From assembly GCA_021791845.1 (NCBI GenBank), contig JAJYVT010000009.1, forward strand, positions 2,176 through 66,175: DNA of 64,000 nucleotides, in the 5' to 3' direction. The translations under genes were made by a program, and so were the position numbers. The notes beneath the pieces were generated by a model. It did no database searches and was not told the origin of the DNA. It saw only the letters and a program-made list of their open reading frames with translations. The first letter of the stretch is position 1, and each line of letters begins with the position of its first letter. Shown one piece after another: positions 43,780 through 52,341 of the stretch. The stretch is from Actinomycetes bacterium. Its GTDB lineage: Bacteria; Actinomycetota; Acidimicrobiia; Acidimicrobiales; RAAP-2.

Positions 43780-45099
43780 TCAGCGATCCGACGTCTCCCC
43801 CTCGACCACGACCTCGGGCTCCACGAGTGCCTCGAGGATCTCTGGTGGCGGCTCCGCTGTGGGGCCCCGCCGAAGCTCGCGAGCGATGAGCTGGATGGCG
43901 CCGCCCACCGGGATCGAGATGAGCGCCCCGACAAAGGCGCCGAGGCCGGAGCCGATCTTCTCCCCCAGCGTGGCGCCGACCAGGACCGCCACCAGCACCC
44001 ACAGCGGGCTCAGGCGCACCGTCTTGCTCATCACCAGCGGGTACAGCACGTGGTTCTCGATCTCCTGGTAGGCGAGGAAGACCACCAACATCACCAGCGC
44101 GGCGCCAAAGGAGTGGAAGGCGGCGATGACGACGACCGGCACGCCGGCCAGCAACCCTCCCACCAGGGGCAGGAAGTCCACGAGCCCCACCCAGAGGCCG
44201 AGCAGCAACGGGTACGGCACCCCGAGGAGCGAGAGGGACACCGCCACCACGACGCCGGCGATCACCGACGTGAGGAAGTCGCCGAACATGTAGCCGGTGA
44301 CCGAGCCCGAGACCTGGCGGTACACCTTGGCCACGCGCGCCGCGGTCGGCGGTGACAACCTGCCCAGAAGGCTGCGGCGCAGGTTCGGACCCTCGAGCAG
44401 CAGGAAGAGCGTGAGGACTGCCACGGCCGCCAGGGCCACGAGCGTGGAGAGCGCCGTCGCCCCGACCGAGAACGCCTGGGCAGGCTTGAGGCTCTTCGTG
44501 ATGTCGGAGGCGATCTTCGGCACGTTCTTCTTCACCCAGGACTCGAGGTGGAAGTGCTCGAGCAGGTGGCCGACCCGGCCGTGCCCTGCCTCGGCCTGAC
44601 GCACGAGCGTGGGGAGCTCCTTGGCGAAATGGGTGATGGCGGCGACCAGCGGCGCGGTGAAGGCGGCGATGACCCCGCCGACGGCCAGCAGGCAGGCGAC
44701 GAACACGATCACGACCGCGAGCCCGTGGCGGATCGGGCCGCGCTCGACCAGCCGGACCGCCGGCGCCAGCAGGAGGGCCAGGAACAGTCCCATCACGATG
44801 TAGAGGACCACGAAGCGGAGCACGACGAGAAGCCAGATGGCGAGCAGGTTGACGTCGAGCACGAGGAACACCACGAGCACCGTGGTGAGGATCGTCGCCA
44901 TCGGCACCCGCCGCCGGGCCGCCGCCCGCCACATCCGGCCCCGGTAGGTCTCCTCACCCGCCTGGCGGCCGGGATCGGACGGTGAGGACGCGGCGTCCGC
45001 CGCGCCGCGCCGCGCCGAGCCCCCGCGCCCCGTGGTCCCGGCCGCCGGGTCCGGCTCGGTCCCGGTCGGGTTGCGCCCTTCGGCCGAGGTCGAGGTCAT
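43780..45099 (-). CDS. AI-2E family transporter (PerM/YhhT, UPF0118)
   Basis: About eight TM helices. Conserved C-terminal region VDFLPLVGGLLAGVPVVVIA...ENHVLYPLVMSK. Confidence 0.8.
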   Translation of the reverse strand: MTSTSAEGRNPTGTEPDPAAGTTGRGGSARRGAADAASSPSDPGRQAGEETYRGRMWRAAARRRVPMATILTTVLVVFLVLDVNLLAIWLLVVLRFVVLYIVMGLFLALLLAPAVRLVERGPIRHGLAVVIVFVACLLAVGGVIAAFTAPLVAAITHFAKELPTLVRQAEAGHGRVGHLLEHFHLESWVKKNVPKIASDITKSLKPAQAFSVGATALSTLVALAAVAVLTLFLLLEGPNLRRSLLGRLSPPTAARVAKVYRQVSGSVTGYMFGDFLTSVIAGVVVAVSLSLLGVPYPLLLGLWVGLVDFLPLVGGLLAGVPVVVIAAFHSFGAALVMLVVFLAYQEIENHVLYPLVMSKTVRLSPLWVLVAVLVGATLGEKIGSGLGAFVGALISIPVGGAIQLIARELRRGPTAEPPPEILEALVEPEVVVEGETSDR

Positions 45100-45199
45100 C
45101 GCGCGCGCATGGTAGGGCACGCAACGACGGGCGTCGCGGAGGACCCGCACGAGCCGCGCCCTGCCAGCCCACCAGGCCCGGTCAGGCGCCAGGTGCCGT

Positions 45200-45706
45200 T
45201 CAGCGCAGGGCCAGGCGGTAGGCGAGGAGCGGGACGTCCGGCTCGGGCGTCCAGTCCCGTTCGGGGAGCCGGGTGAACCCGGCGTGCTCGTAGAGGCGGT
45301 GGGCCACGGTCATCCAGGGCGTCGTGTGGAGCATCAGGGCGCGCCGCCCCTCGGCTCTCGCCCTGTCCACGCAGGCGTCGAGCAGCGTGCGCCCCACGCC
45401 GCGCCCCTGGGCCGACGGCCGGACCGCCAGCATCCGGAGCCCCGCCTCGCCCTCGTCGAGCAGCTCGGCCCACGGCGACGAACGGTCGGGGACGTAGGTG
45501 GCACAGCCGAGGAGATCCCCGCCGTCCACGGCGACCAGCACGACCGCCTCGTGCGCCCGCCGGGCGACGTCCGCCAGCACGGCGGCGTACCCCCCCGACA
45601 GGTGGGCGCCGGGCAACGCCTCGTAGGCGGCGATGACCAGGGCGCCCGCCGCCTCGTGCTCCTCGGGACGCACCGGGCGCACCTCGAGGCCGGGAGGACC
45701 GCTCAC
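45200..45706 (-). CDS. GNAT family N-acetyltransferase
   Basis: GTG at 45706. MLAVRPSAQGRGVGRTLL acetyl-CoA motif and C-terminal YEHAGF. Confidence 0.8.
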   Translation of the reverse strand: MSGPPGLEVRPVRPEEHEAAGALVIAAYEALPGAHLSGGYAAVLADVARRAHEAVVLVAVDGGDLLGCATYVPDRSSPWAELLDEGEAGLRMLAVRPSAQGRGVGRTLLDACVDRARAEGRRALMLHTTPWMTVAHRLYEHAGFTRLPERDWTPEPDVPLLAYRLALR

Positions 45707-45820
45707 CGCTGGCTCCGCACGCCGTCGATCCGCGCCACGTCGTCGAAGGGACCGGCCACGAGGCACGATACCGCCGCCTGCTCCGATGCGTCCCCGACGC
45801 CGTGCACTACCGTCGGCCGG

Positions 45821-46603
45821 ATGCCCGCACCGAGCCCCCGCTCCCCGGACGGCGCCCCCCATCCCCTGGGCTCGATGATCCTCGACGCCGCCGCGGGGCA
45901 GTTCCCCGTGCCCGACGGCGGCTGGCGCCGGCTGGCCCCGTGGCGGTCCGGCCTCGAGGCGATGGTCGCCTTCACCGCCCATGCCGTGGCGTGCGTCGAC
46001 GACGACGTCGGAGACGGCCTCCTCGACGAGCTGGGCGTGGACGGCTTGGGGGGCGCCCATGCGCCGCACGTGCTCACCACCCTGGCTGGCCCCGGTGGGT
46101 GGGCGTCGAGCCTCGACGCGGTTCTCGTGCGCCCGCCCGGGCAGCTCGGCCTTCGCCCGCCCCCCGGGCCTCCCCTGGTCGAACGACCCGACCTGGCCGG
46201 CGAGCCCCGCGTGGCCTACGCGGCGCGCCTCCGGGACGACCTCGCCGTCTTCGGCTTCCCCGACCCCGACCGCACGGCCGTCGCCATCGTCGGGCGCGGG
46301 ATCGGGGGGTTGCGCGAGCTCAGCTACGAGCTCGAGCCCGGCCGTCGCGGCCGGGGCGAGGGGGCAGCGTTGGTCCGGGCCGCCCTCGGCGCCGTCGGCA
46401 CCGCCACGCCGCTGGTCGCCTGCGTCGCCCCCGGGAACGTCGCCAGCCTCCGGGTCCTGCTCGCCTGTGGCTTCGCCCCGGTCGGATCGGTACAGCTCCT
46501 CCAGCGCCCTCCCGGCTACGCGCCCTCGTGCCGCGCACCGGCGCGGCCGTCGGGGGCGCACAAGCCGCGGGCGGGCGCGATGATGCCGTCGACGATGCCG
46601 TAG
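45821..46603 (+). CDS. GNAT-fold protein, conserved actinobacterial type
   Basis: ATG at 45821. C-terminal half GRRGRGEGAALVRAAL...VAPGNVASLRVLLACGFAPVG. Its 3' tail overlaps the clpP 3' end. Confidence 0.6.
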   Translation: MPAPSPRSPDGAPHPLGSMILDAAAGQFPVPDGGWRRLAPWRSGLEAMVAFTAHAVACVDDDVGDGLLDELGVDGLGGAHAPHVLTTLAGPGGWASSLDAVLVRPPGQLGLRPPPGPPLVERPDLAGEPRVAYAARLRDDLAVFGFPDPDRTAVAIVGRGIGGLRELSYELEPGRRGRGEGAALVRAALGAVGTATPLVACVAPGNVASLRVLLACGFAPVGSVQLLQRPPGYAPSCRAPARPSGAHKPRAGAMMPSTMP

Positions 46604-47160
46604 GCCTTGGCCTCCTCGGCCGTCATGAAGAAGTCGCGGTCGATGTCGCGCTCGACCTTGTCGAGCGGCTGGCCGCTGTGGAAGGCGATGATCTCGGCCA
46701 TGCGGCGCGTCGTGGCGAGGACCTCCCGCAGGTGGATCTCCATGTCCCTCGGCGCCCCCCGGGTGCCGGCGGTGCCCTGGTGGATCATGATGCGGGAGTT
46801 CGGCAGGGCGTAGCGCTTCCCGGGAGCACCCCCGCACAGGATCATGGCCGCCGCCGACATGCCCATGCCCACGCAGATGGTCGAGACGTCGCAGGAGACG
46901 TGCTGCATTACGTCGTAGATCGCCATCCCTGCGTAGGAGAGCCCGCCGGGCGAGTTGATGTAGAGCGCGATGTCCCGGTCAGGCTCCTCGGCCGCCAGGT
47001 ACAGGATCTCGGCCACCAACAGGTTGGCGATCTGGTCGTCCACCTCCTGGCCCAGGAACACGATCCGGTCCTTGAGGAGGAGGGAGTAGATGTCGAAGGG
47101 TCGGTCGCCGCGTGCCGTCTGGTCGAAGACGGTGGGGATCACGGCTCGTGGCTGCGGCAT
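46516..47160 (-). CDS. clpP: ATP-dependent Clp protease proteolytic subunit
   Basis: Intact triad context: GMGMSAAAMIL (Ser), RIMIHQ (His), DRDFFMTAEEA (Asp). YINSPGG motif. RBS GGAGAGG. Confidence 0.92.
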   Translation of the reverse strand: MPQPRAVIPTVFDQTARGDRPFDIYSLLLKDRIVFLGQEVDDQIANLLVAEILYLAAEEPDRDIALYINSPGGLSYAGMAIYDVMQHVSCDVSTICVGMGMSAAAMILCGGAPGKRYALPNSRIMIHQGTAGTRGAPRDMEIHLREVLATTRRMAEIIAFHSGQPLDKVERDIDRDFFMTAEEAKAYGIVDGIIAPARGLCAPDGRAGARHEGA

Positions 47161-47176
47161 GGCGACCTCTCCTCAC

Positions 47177-47190
47177 ATCGCACGTGCGAT
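47177..47190. promoter_or_regulatory. Perfect 14-bp palindrome ATCGCACGTGCGAT between divergent clpP and the XRE gene; candidate operator
   Basis: Read directly. It sits immediately upstream of the clpP RBS. A further GCGAT half-site is at 47214-47218, in the locally AT-richer stretch 47195-47220. Confidence 0.5.
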
Positions 47191-47286
47191 CTCACTGACG
47201 AGATATCATATTCGCGATAGCACGCCCTCCGGCGCCCGCCGGTACCGTCCGGCGCCGGAGCCGGCGCAGACCGTGGAGGCACGAAC

Positions 47287-47616
47287 GTGAACGAGCGCCG
47301 GCACGACCCGCTGCTGCCGGGCTTCAAGCAGATGGCCGCCCGGCGCCGCGCCCTGGCCGACGACCTCGCGGCCAGGCGGGTCGCGCTCGGCCTGACCCAG
47401 ACCGAGGTCGCGGCGCGGATGGGCACGTCGCAGTCGGCGGTCGCCCGGATGGAGACGGGCGGCTCCGATCTGCGCCTCTCCACCGTCGAGCGGTACGCGG
47501 CAGCGGTGGGGGCCGTCGTCGACTGGAGCCTTCGGTCTGGGACCGACGGCGGCGGAGTCGAAGACGCTGGGACCGGGGACCCAGGGACCGGGGCCGGGGC
47601 CGGGGGGCAGCCGTGA
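47287..47616 (+). CDS. XRE-family helix-turn-helix transcriptional regulator
   Basis: HTH LGLTQTEVAARMGTSQSAVARMETGGSDLRLSTVERYAAAVG. GTG start. Its stop overlaps the next gene's GTG (GTGA). Confidence 0.8.
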   Translation: MNERRHDPLLPGFKQMAARRRALADDLAARRVALGLTQTEVAARMGTSQSAVARMETGGSDLRLSTVERYAAAVGAVVDWSLRSGTDGGGVEDAGTGDPGTGAGAGGQP

Positions 47617-48248
47617 GGTCCGGGATCCGCACAGGGGTACCCGACGGCGTGCTCGGACCCCTGCCGGGCCCGGGTGGCCCCGGCGACGTGGGCGACGTGG
47701 GCGACGTGGTCCGACGTGCCCTCCTCGCCCGGCGTGTGATCCTCCTCCACGGCGAGCTCGACGACGCGGCGGTGGCGGAGGCTGCAGCCACGTTGCTCAT
47801 GCTCGACGCCGGCGGCGACGAGCGGATCGTGGTCCGGCTGACCGGGACGTCGGCGAGCATCGACGCCGCCCTGGTCCTGATGGACGTCATGGAGGTGGCG
47901 GGCGTGCCGGTCGACACCGTCGCCGCCGGGACGATCAGCGGTGGGGCGATCGGCATCCTGGCCGCCGGGCGGCAGCGGCGCCTCGCGCCCCACGCCCGCC
48001 TCAGGCTCTTCGAGCCCGACACCTCCGTCGCCGGGCGCGCCGCCGACATCGAGCAGGCCCTCGCCGCCCAGTCGTCGCAGCGCGACCGCTTCCTGCAGCG
48101 ACTGTCGGACTGCACCCGGCGCCCGGTCGCCCACGTGGCCCGGGAGTGGGGCGGCGGCGCCTACCTCGAACCCGAGGACGCCATCGTCCTGGGCTATGCC
48201 GACGAAGTCGAAGGGGGCTCCCCCACGACGGGACGCACCGACGTCTGA
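47613..48248 (+). CDS. ClpP-fold paralogue lacking the canonical Ser-His-Asp triad (ClpR-like pseudo-protease)
   Basis: Aligns by eye with the neighbouring ClpP (VILLHGELDD.., DVMEVAGVPVDTV.., LGYADEV). The Ser position is GTISGGA (Ser shifted by one, Gly at the nucleophile site), His is replaced (RLRLFEP vs RIMIHQ), and Asp is replaced (GGGAYLEPEDA vs DRDFFMTAEEA). Confidence 0.7.
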   Translation: MRSGIRTGVPDGVLGPLPGPGGPGDVGDVGDVVRRALLARRVILLHGELDDAAVAEAAATLLMLDAGGDERIVVRLTGTSASIDAALVLMDVMEVAGVPVDTVAAGTISGGAIGILAAGRQRRLAPHARLRLFEPDTSVAGRAADIEQALAAQSSQRDRFLQRLSDCTRRPVAHVAREWGGGAYLEPEDAIVLGYADEVEGGSPTTGRTDV

Positions 48249-48288
48249 CCGATCCGGGGGCACGGGCACGGTGTCGTAGAGTGCGCGG

Positions 48289-49335
48289 ATGGCGAAGGCA
48301 ACCGGTGCACCGTCGCGGACCGGCGAGCCGCTCGTCGACAACCTCGTCGACACCGGCCGGGCCGACTTGGGTGCCCTGGAGGATGCTGCCATCGGGCGCG
48401 CCGCGGTGGCCGCGCTGCTGCCGACGTTGCGGCCCTACGTGCGCACGACGCCGGTCGTCCGAATCGACCGGGCCGAGCTCGACCTCCCGCCGGGGCCCCT
48501 CGTGCTCAAGCTCGAGCACCTCCAACACTCCGGTTCGTTCAAGGTCCGGGGCGCCTTCGCCAACCTCCTCACCCGCCCGGTCCCGGCCGCCGGGATCGTC
48601 GCCGCCTCGGGCGGCAACCACGGCTCGGCCGCCGCCTATGCCGCCGCACGCCTGGGCATCCCGGCCACGATCTTCGTCCCCGAGGTGTCGTCGCCGGCCA
48701 AGCGGGCCCGCATCGAGTCGTACGGCGCCACCCTCGTGGTCGGCGGGCCCGACTACGACGCCGCGCGCGCCGCCGCCGCCGAGTTCCAGGCCGCCACCGG
48801 CGCGATGGACGTCCCGGCCTTCGACGCCGCGCCCACCGTCCTCGGGGCCGGGTCGGCGGCGCTCGAGCTCCAGGACCAGGCGCCCGACGTCGACACGGTG
48901 CTGGCATCGGTGGGCGGCGGAGGGCTCCTGGCCGGGCTGTGCGCCGGCTACTCCCCGGAGGGGGGCGGACCGCACGTGCGGGTGATCGGCGCCGAGCCCG
49001 AGGGCGCCCCGACCCTGGCGACCGCGCTCGCCGCCGGGCGGCCGGCGGACGCGCCTGTCGGGAGCATCGCCATCGACTCGCTGGCCCCGCGCCGCATGGG
49101 GACCCACACCTTCGCCGTGATCGCCAGGCTCGGCTCGGGCGTGACGCTCGTGGACGACGACGCCATCGCCTCCACCCAGCAGTTGCTGTGGGACCGCCTT
49201 CGCCTCGTACTGGAGCCAGGAGGCTGCACCGGGTTGGCGGCCCTGGTCGCCGGCCGCTACGAGCCCGATCCGGGCGAGACGGTGGCGGTCGTGCTCAGCG
49301 GCGCCAACACGACGGCGGTCGACTTCTCCCGCTGA
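48289..49335 (+). CDS. PLP-dependent serine/threonine dehydratase family enzyme
   Basis: PLP-lysine motif LQHSGSFKVRGAF and glycine loop ASGGNHG. Confidence 0.85.
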   Translation: MAKATGAPSRTGEPLVDNLVDTGRADLGALEDAAIGRAAVAALLPTLRPYVRTTPVVRIDRAELDLPPGPLVLKLEHLQHSGSFKVRGAFANLLTRPVPAAGIVAASGGNHGSAAAYAAARLGIPATIFVPEVSSPAKRARIESYGATLVVGGPDYDAARAAAAEFQAATGAMDVPAFDAAPTVLGAGSAALELQDQAPDVDTVLASVGGGGLLAGLCAGYSPEGGGPHVRVIGAEPEGAPTLATALAAGRPADAPVGSIAIDSLAPRRMGTHTFAVIARLGSGVTLVDDDAIASTQQLLWDRLRLVLEPGGCTGLAALVAGRYEPDPGETVAVVLSGANTTAVDFSR

Positions 49336-49424
49336 GCTGCCGCACGCCGAGCCGCGGCCCGCGTGCCGCCGCCTCAGCTGCGGCGCCTCGCGCCGTCTCC
49401 CCCGCTTACTGGTCCACCATTACG

Positions 49425-49452
49425 GCACCAGGGCGAGTCATCCTCCTGGTGC
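49425..49452. terminator. 8-bp perfect inverted repeat GCACCAGG / CCTGGTGC (12-nt loop) between convergent genes; candidate bidirectional terminator
   Basis: Read directly, in a locally lower-GC convergent intergenic region (49336-49514). Confidence 0.3.
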
Positions 49453-49514
49453 ACCTCTGGTGACCACCGGTCCACCGCCATGCCCGCTCGCCACTCGATG
49501 GCCAGCCTGAGTTC

Positions 49515-51533
49515 TCAGGCGGTGCCCCGGCCGCGGCCGAGCCGGTCGGCGTGGACGATCTCGACGGGCGTCAGCTCGTCCGCCGGCTCGAAGCCCAGCA
49601 CCTTCCCGTAGAAGTAGAGCTCGGCCTCGGCCGTGCGCCGGACGTTCTCGGCCCGGCGGAACCCGTGCTGCTCGCCCTCGTAGGGCACGTAGGCGTGGGG
49701 AACGCCCTTGTCGCGCAATGCGGCGACCATGATCTCGGCCTGGTCCGGCGGCACGACCTTGTCCTCCAGTCCCTGGAAGATGATCAAGGGCGTGGCCAGC
49801 CGCTCGGCGTGCGCCACCGGCGAGCGGTCGCGGTACACGTCGGCTGTGTCCGGCCAGGGGCCGAACAGCCCGTCGGTGTAGCGAGACTCGAACTTGTGCG
49901 TCTCGTTCACGAAGACCATGGTGTCGGCGATCCCGAAGTAGCTGGCGCCGGCGGCGAAGACGTCGGTGAAGGTCGCGGCGCACAGCGTCGTGTACCCGCC
50001 GGCGCTCCCTCCGTGGATGAGGAGCCTGTTGCCGTCGACCCGTCCGGTGTCCACGAGGTGGCGCGCGGCGTTGACGCAGTCGGCGAGGTCGACCACGCCC
50101 CACGCCCCCCGGAGGCGCTCCCGGTAGGCCCGGCCGTACCCGGCGCTGCCCCCGTAGTTCACGTCCACCACGGCAAAGCCCCGGCTCGTCCAGAACTGGA
50201 TCCCGTAGGTGAGCACGGACCGGGCCATGCCCGTCGGCCCCCCGTGGATGCTCACGATCAACGGGGGGAGCTCGCCGGCGGGCGGCACGGCGTCCACGTT
50301 GCGCGGCGGATAGAAGAGCGCGTGGGCCGTCAGGTTCCCCTCGGTCGGGAACTCGATCGGTTCGGGCACCGACAGGTAGGCCTCACCCACGGTGTCGTCC
50401 CGGGACCGGCGCAGGACGTCGATCGGCGTGCTCGCCTCCTCTCCGGTCGCTGCGGCGCCGATCCGGACCACCGCCGGCGGCTGGGACGCAGAGCCGGCGA
50501 CGGCCACGACCGACCGGCCCTCGTCGTCAGGGCGCAGCTCGCCGAGCTCGGTGAGCGGCGTCGGGATCTCGACGAAGCGCCGGGCCCCCGGGCGCAGCAC
50601 GCCGAGCCGGCACAACCCCCGGTCGAACCACGTCCCGACGACGGACCCGTCGTGGCGGACGGCGAACGACGACGTGCCGAACACCCAGTCGGGCGACCCG
50701 AGGTCGTGGTCCATGACAGCGAGCGGCCGGTCCGGGCCGCCGTCGGGGTCCGCCGCGTAGATGTTCCACCAGCCGGTCCGGTCGGAGAGGAAGAGGAGCG
50801 TCCCGTCCGGCGCGAACTTGGGCTGGGTCACCGACTCCGACGGCCCGCCCGCCACGCGCCGCCGGGACGTCACCGAGGGGTGACCATCGGCGTCCTCGTG
50901 CAGCTCGCCGCACCACACCTCCGACTCGTCCCACGGCATGTTGGGATGGTCCCAGGTGACCCACGCCATCCGCCGCCCGTCCGGCGAGAGCACGGGATGG
51001 CCGAAGAAGTCGTGGCCTTCGAGGAGGACCCTCGGCTCCGAGCTCCCGTCGGTCGGCAGGACCACCACGTCGTTCGTCACCCCTGCGGGGGTGTCGGGGT
51101 CGGGGTGGCGCTCCCGCACGGCGACCAGGTGCTGCCCGCCGGGGGTGACGACGGGTGCCGCGAACCGGACGGCCCTCGGGGCCGGCGGCTCCGGCGTGAT
51201 GGGCCGCGGGACTCCGCCCGGATCGACGCGGTAGATGCGCTGGTCGGCGAAGTTGGAGAAGTACACGGTGTGGCCGTCGACCGCGTAACAGAGGCCGCCG
51301 TACTCGTGCACCAGCGTGCGAACGCTGAAGTCGGGGCCGAACACGTCCTCGGGGTCGGTCCCGTCGACCGCCGACCGCACGAGCACCAGGCGACCGCCCT
51401 CGGCCGGCCGGCTCTCGACCCAGTAGGTCCTGCCGCCCACCACCGACGGGAACGAAAGCCCCACGGCGCCTTCCACCAACACGTCGAGGGTGAGCGGCGA
51501 CGGCCAGGTTCCGAACGGGGCGGCGGAGGTCAT
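49515..51533 (-). CDS. S9 family serine peptidase (prolyl oligopeptidase / acylaminoacyl-peptidase type) with N-terminal beta-propeller
   Basis: C-terminal catalytic domain IHGGSAGGYTT (GxSxGG) and later ...GEQHGF. The long N-terminal region has a propeller-like repeat pattern. Confidence 0.85.
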   Translation of the reverse strand: MTSAAPFGTWPSPLTLDVLVEGAVGLSFPSVVGGRTYWVESRPAEGGRLVLVRSAVDGTDPEDVFGPDFSVRTLVHEYGGLCYAVDGHTVYFSNFADQRIYRVDPGGVPRPITPEPPAPRAVRFAAPVVTPGGQHLVAVRERHPDPDTPAGVTNDVVVLPTDGSSEPRVLLEGHDFFGHPVLSPDGRRMAWVTWDHPNMPWDESEVWCGELHEDADGHPSVTSRRRVAGGPSESVTQPKFAPDGTLLFLSDRTGWWNIYAADPDGGPDRPLAVMDHDLGSPDWVFGTSSFAVRHDGSVVGTWFDRGLCRLGVLRPGARRFVEIPTPLTELGELRPDDEGRSVVAVAGSASQPPAVVRIGAAATGEEASTPIDVLRRSRDDTVGEAYLSVPEPIEFPTEGNLTAHALFYPPRNVDAVPPAGELPPLIVSIHGGPTGMARSVLTYGIQFWTSRGFAVVDVNYGGSAGYGRAYRERLRGAWGVVDLADCVNAARHLVDTGRVDGNRLLIHGGSAGGYTTLCAATFTDVFAAGASYFGIADTMVFVNETHKFESRYTDGLFGPWPDTADVYRDRSPVAHAERLATPLIIFQGLEDKVVPPDQAEIMVAALRDKGVPHAYVPYEGEQHGFRRAENVRRTAEAELYFYGKVLGFEPADELTPVEIVHADRLGRGRGTA

Positions 51534-51576
51534 CGCCTCACCTTAGGCACGCCGGCTCTCGGGGCACCTGCCCCGT

Positions 51577-51891
51577 TCAATCGTCGAGGACGTCGCTCAG
51601 ACCCGCGGCCTCGAAGATGCGCCGGGTGGCACCACGCGCGCCCCGGATCTCCAGGCGGTGGCGACGCGTCAAGATGGCGTGGCGGGCGAGCAGCAGCGCC
51701 GACAGGCCGGTCGAGTCGATGAACTCCAATTGCGACAGGTCGGCCACGACCACGGGGCCGGTGCGCTCCACCAGGGTCCGCTCGACGGCGTCGGCGCTCA
51801 CCAGGTCGAGCTCGCCGAAGAGCTGCACGATGTCCACGCCGTGATCGCAGCTCACCTCGATCCGGAACGGTTGGGGGATCATCTCGTCCAT
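51577..51891 (-). CDS. STAS domain protein (anti-sigma-factor antagonist family)
   Basis: LFGELDLVSADAVERTL...VVADLSQLEFIDSTGLSALL is a typical SpoIIAA/RsbV-like core, including the conserved Ser in DSTG. The listed upstream extension is Arg-rich. Confidence 0.8.
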   Translation of the reverse strand: MDEMIPQPFRIEVSCDHGVDIVQLFGELDLVSADAVERTLVERTGPVVVADLSQLEFIDSTGLSALLLARHAILTRRHRLEIRGARGATRRIFEAAGLSDVLDD

Positions 51892-51977
51892 GGAATGCGG
51901 TACACCCTTCCCGGACGGGACCGCGCGCCGACGACGTCCCGCCGGGCGGACCACCGCCCGACGGCGGTTGGGGACGA

Positions 51978-52229
51978 CTACGCGTCGGCTGCGGGGATCT
52001 CCTCCCACCACTGGCACCACCAGTTCGCCCCGACCAGGATGCGGAGCTTGGGGTGCCAGCAGTACGACAGATCGTTGTACGGCTCGAGGTAGTAACGGCA
52101 GTTGTCGCACTTCTCGTCGCCCGACGGGTGCCCGCGCAGCACGGCGTTCTCCGCCATGTGGCGCAGCTCGATCGACACCTTCTCGTCGATCTCCTTCGGC
52201 TCGGGCTCGGGAATGACGTAGTCGGCCAC
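51978..52229 (-). CDS. HiPIP-like 4-Cys iron-sulfur protein without signal peptide
   Basis: Cys41-x2-Cys44-x12-Cys57-x14-Cys72 with CDNCRYY and PKLRILVGANWWCQWW. This closely mirrors the HiPIP pattern CxNCxF...CxxFPGKxVxxNGWCxxW. GTG start. No Tat/Sec leader. Confidence 0.65.
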   Translation of the reverse strand: MADYVIPEPEPKEIDEKVSIELRHMAENAVLRGHPSGDEKCDNCRYYLEPYNDLSYCWHPKLRILVGANWWCQWWEEIPAADA

Positions 52230-52341
52230 GCCCCGAACCTACTCGCCGGGCGGTGCGCACGCGAGCTGGCACACCCGGCGGCGACAGCGTGCCGGGTCCC
52301 GGCGCTGGCCCCCGGCGCGCCGGTCCCGACGGCTCACCCTC

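Noticed and set aside
42356-44932. 858-aa ORF suggesting a giant M16 peptidase (similar over-long ORFs: 37869-40475, 45200-46837, 60212-62368, 13019-14845)
   Set aside because: The conserved domains start far downstream, at internal starts that have an RBS or a GTGA overlap. The extensions overlap neighbouring real genes (for example the AI-2E transporter and purK) and are low-complexity.
47287-47616. Calling the XRE gene an orthologue of ClgR/PopR
   Set aside because: Its position next to clp genes is suggestive. But as I recall, ClgR-type proteins carry an ...YLSE.ERG..-type recognition helix, whereas this one has the SQSAVARMETG pattern common in antitoxin-like XRE proteins. Orthology is not supported by eye.
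51978-52229. The Cys/Trp-rich 83-aa ORF as a RiPP precursor for the adjacent radical SAM enzyme
   Set aside because: The four-Cys spacing and the GWC..W-type context match the HiPIP fold too well. It is kept only as a minor alternative in the cluster finding.
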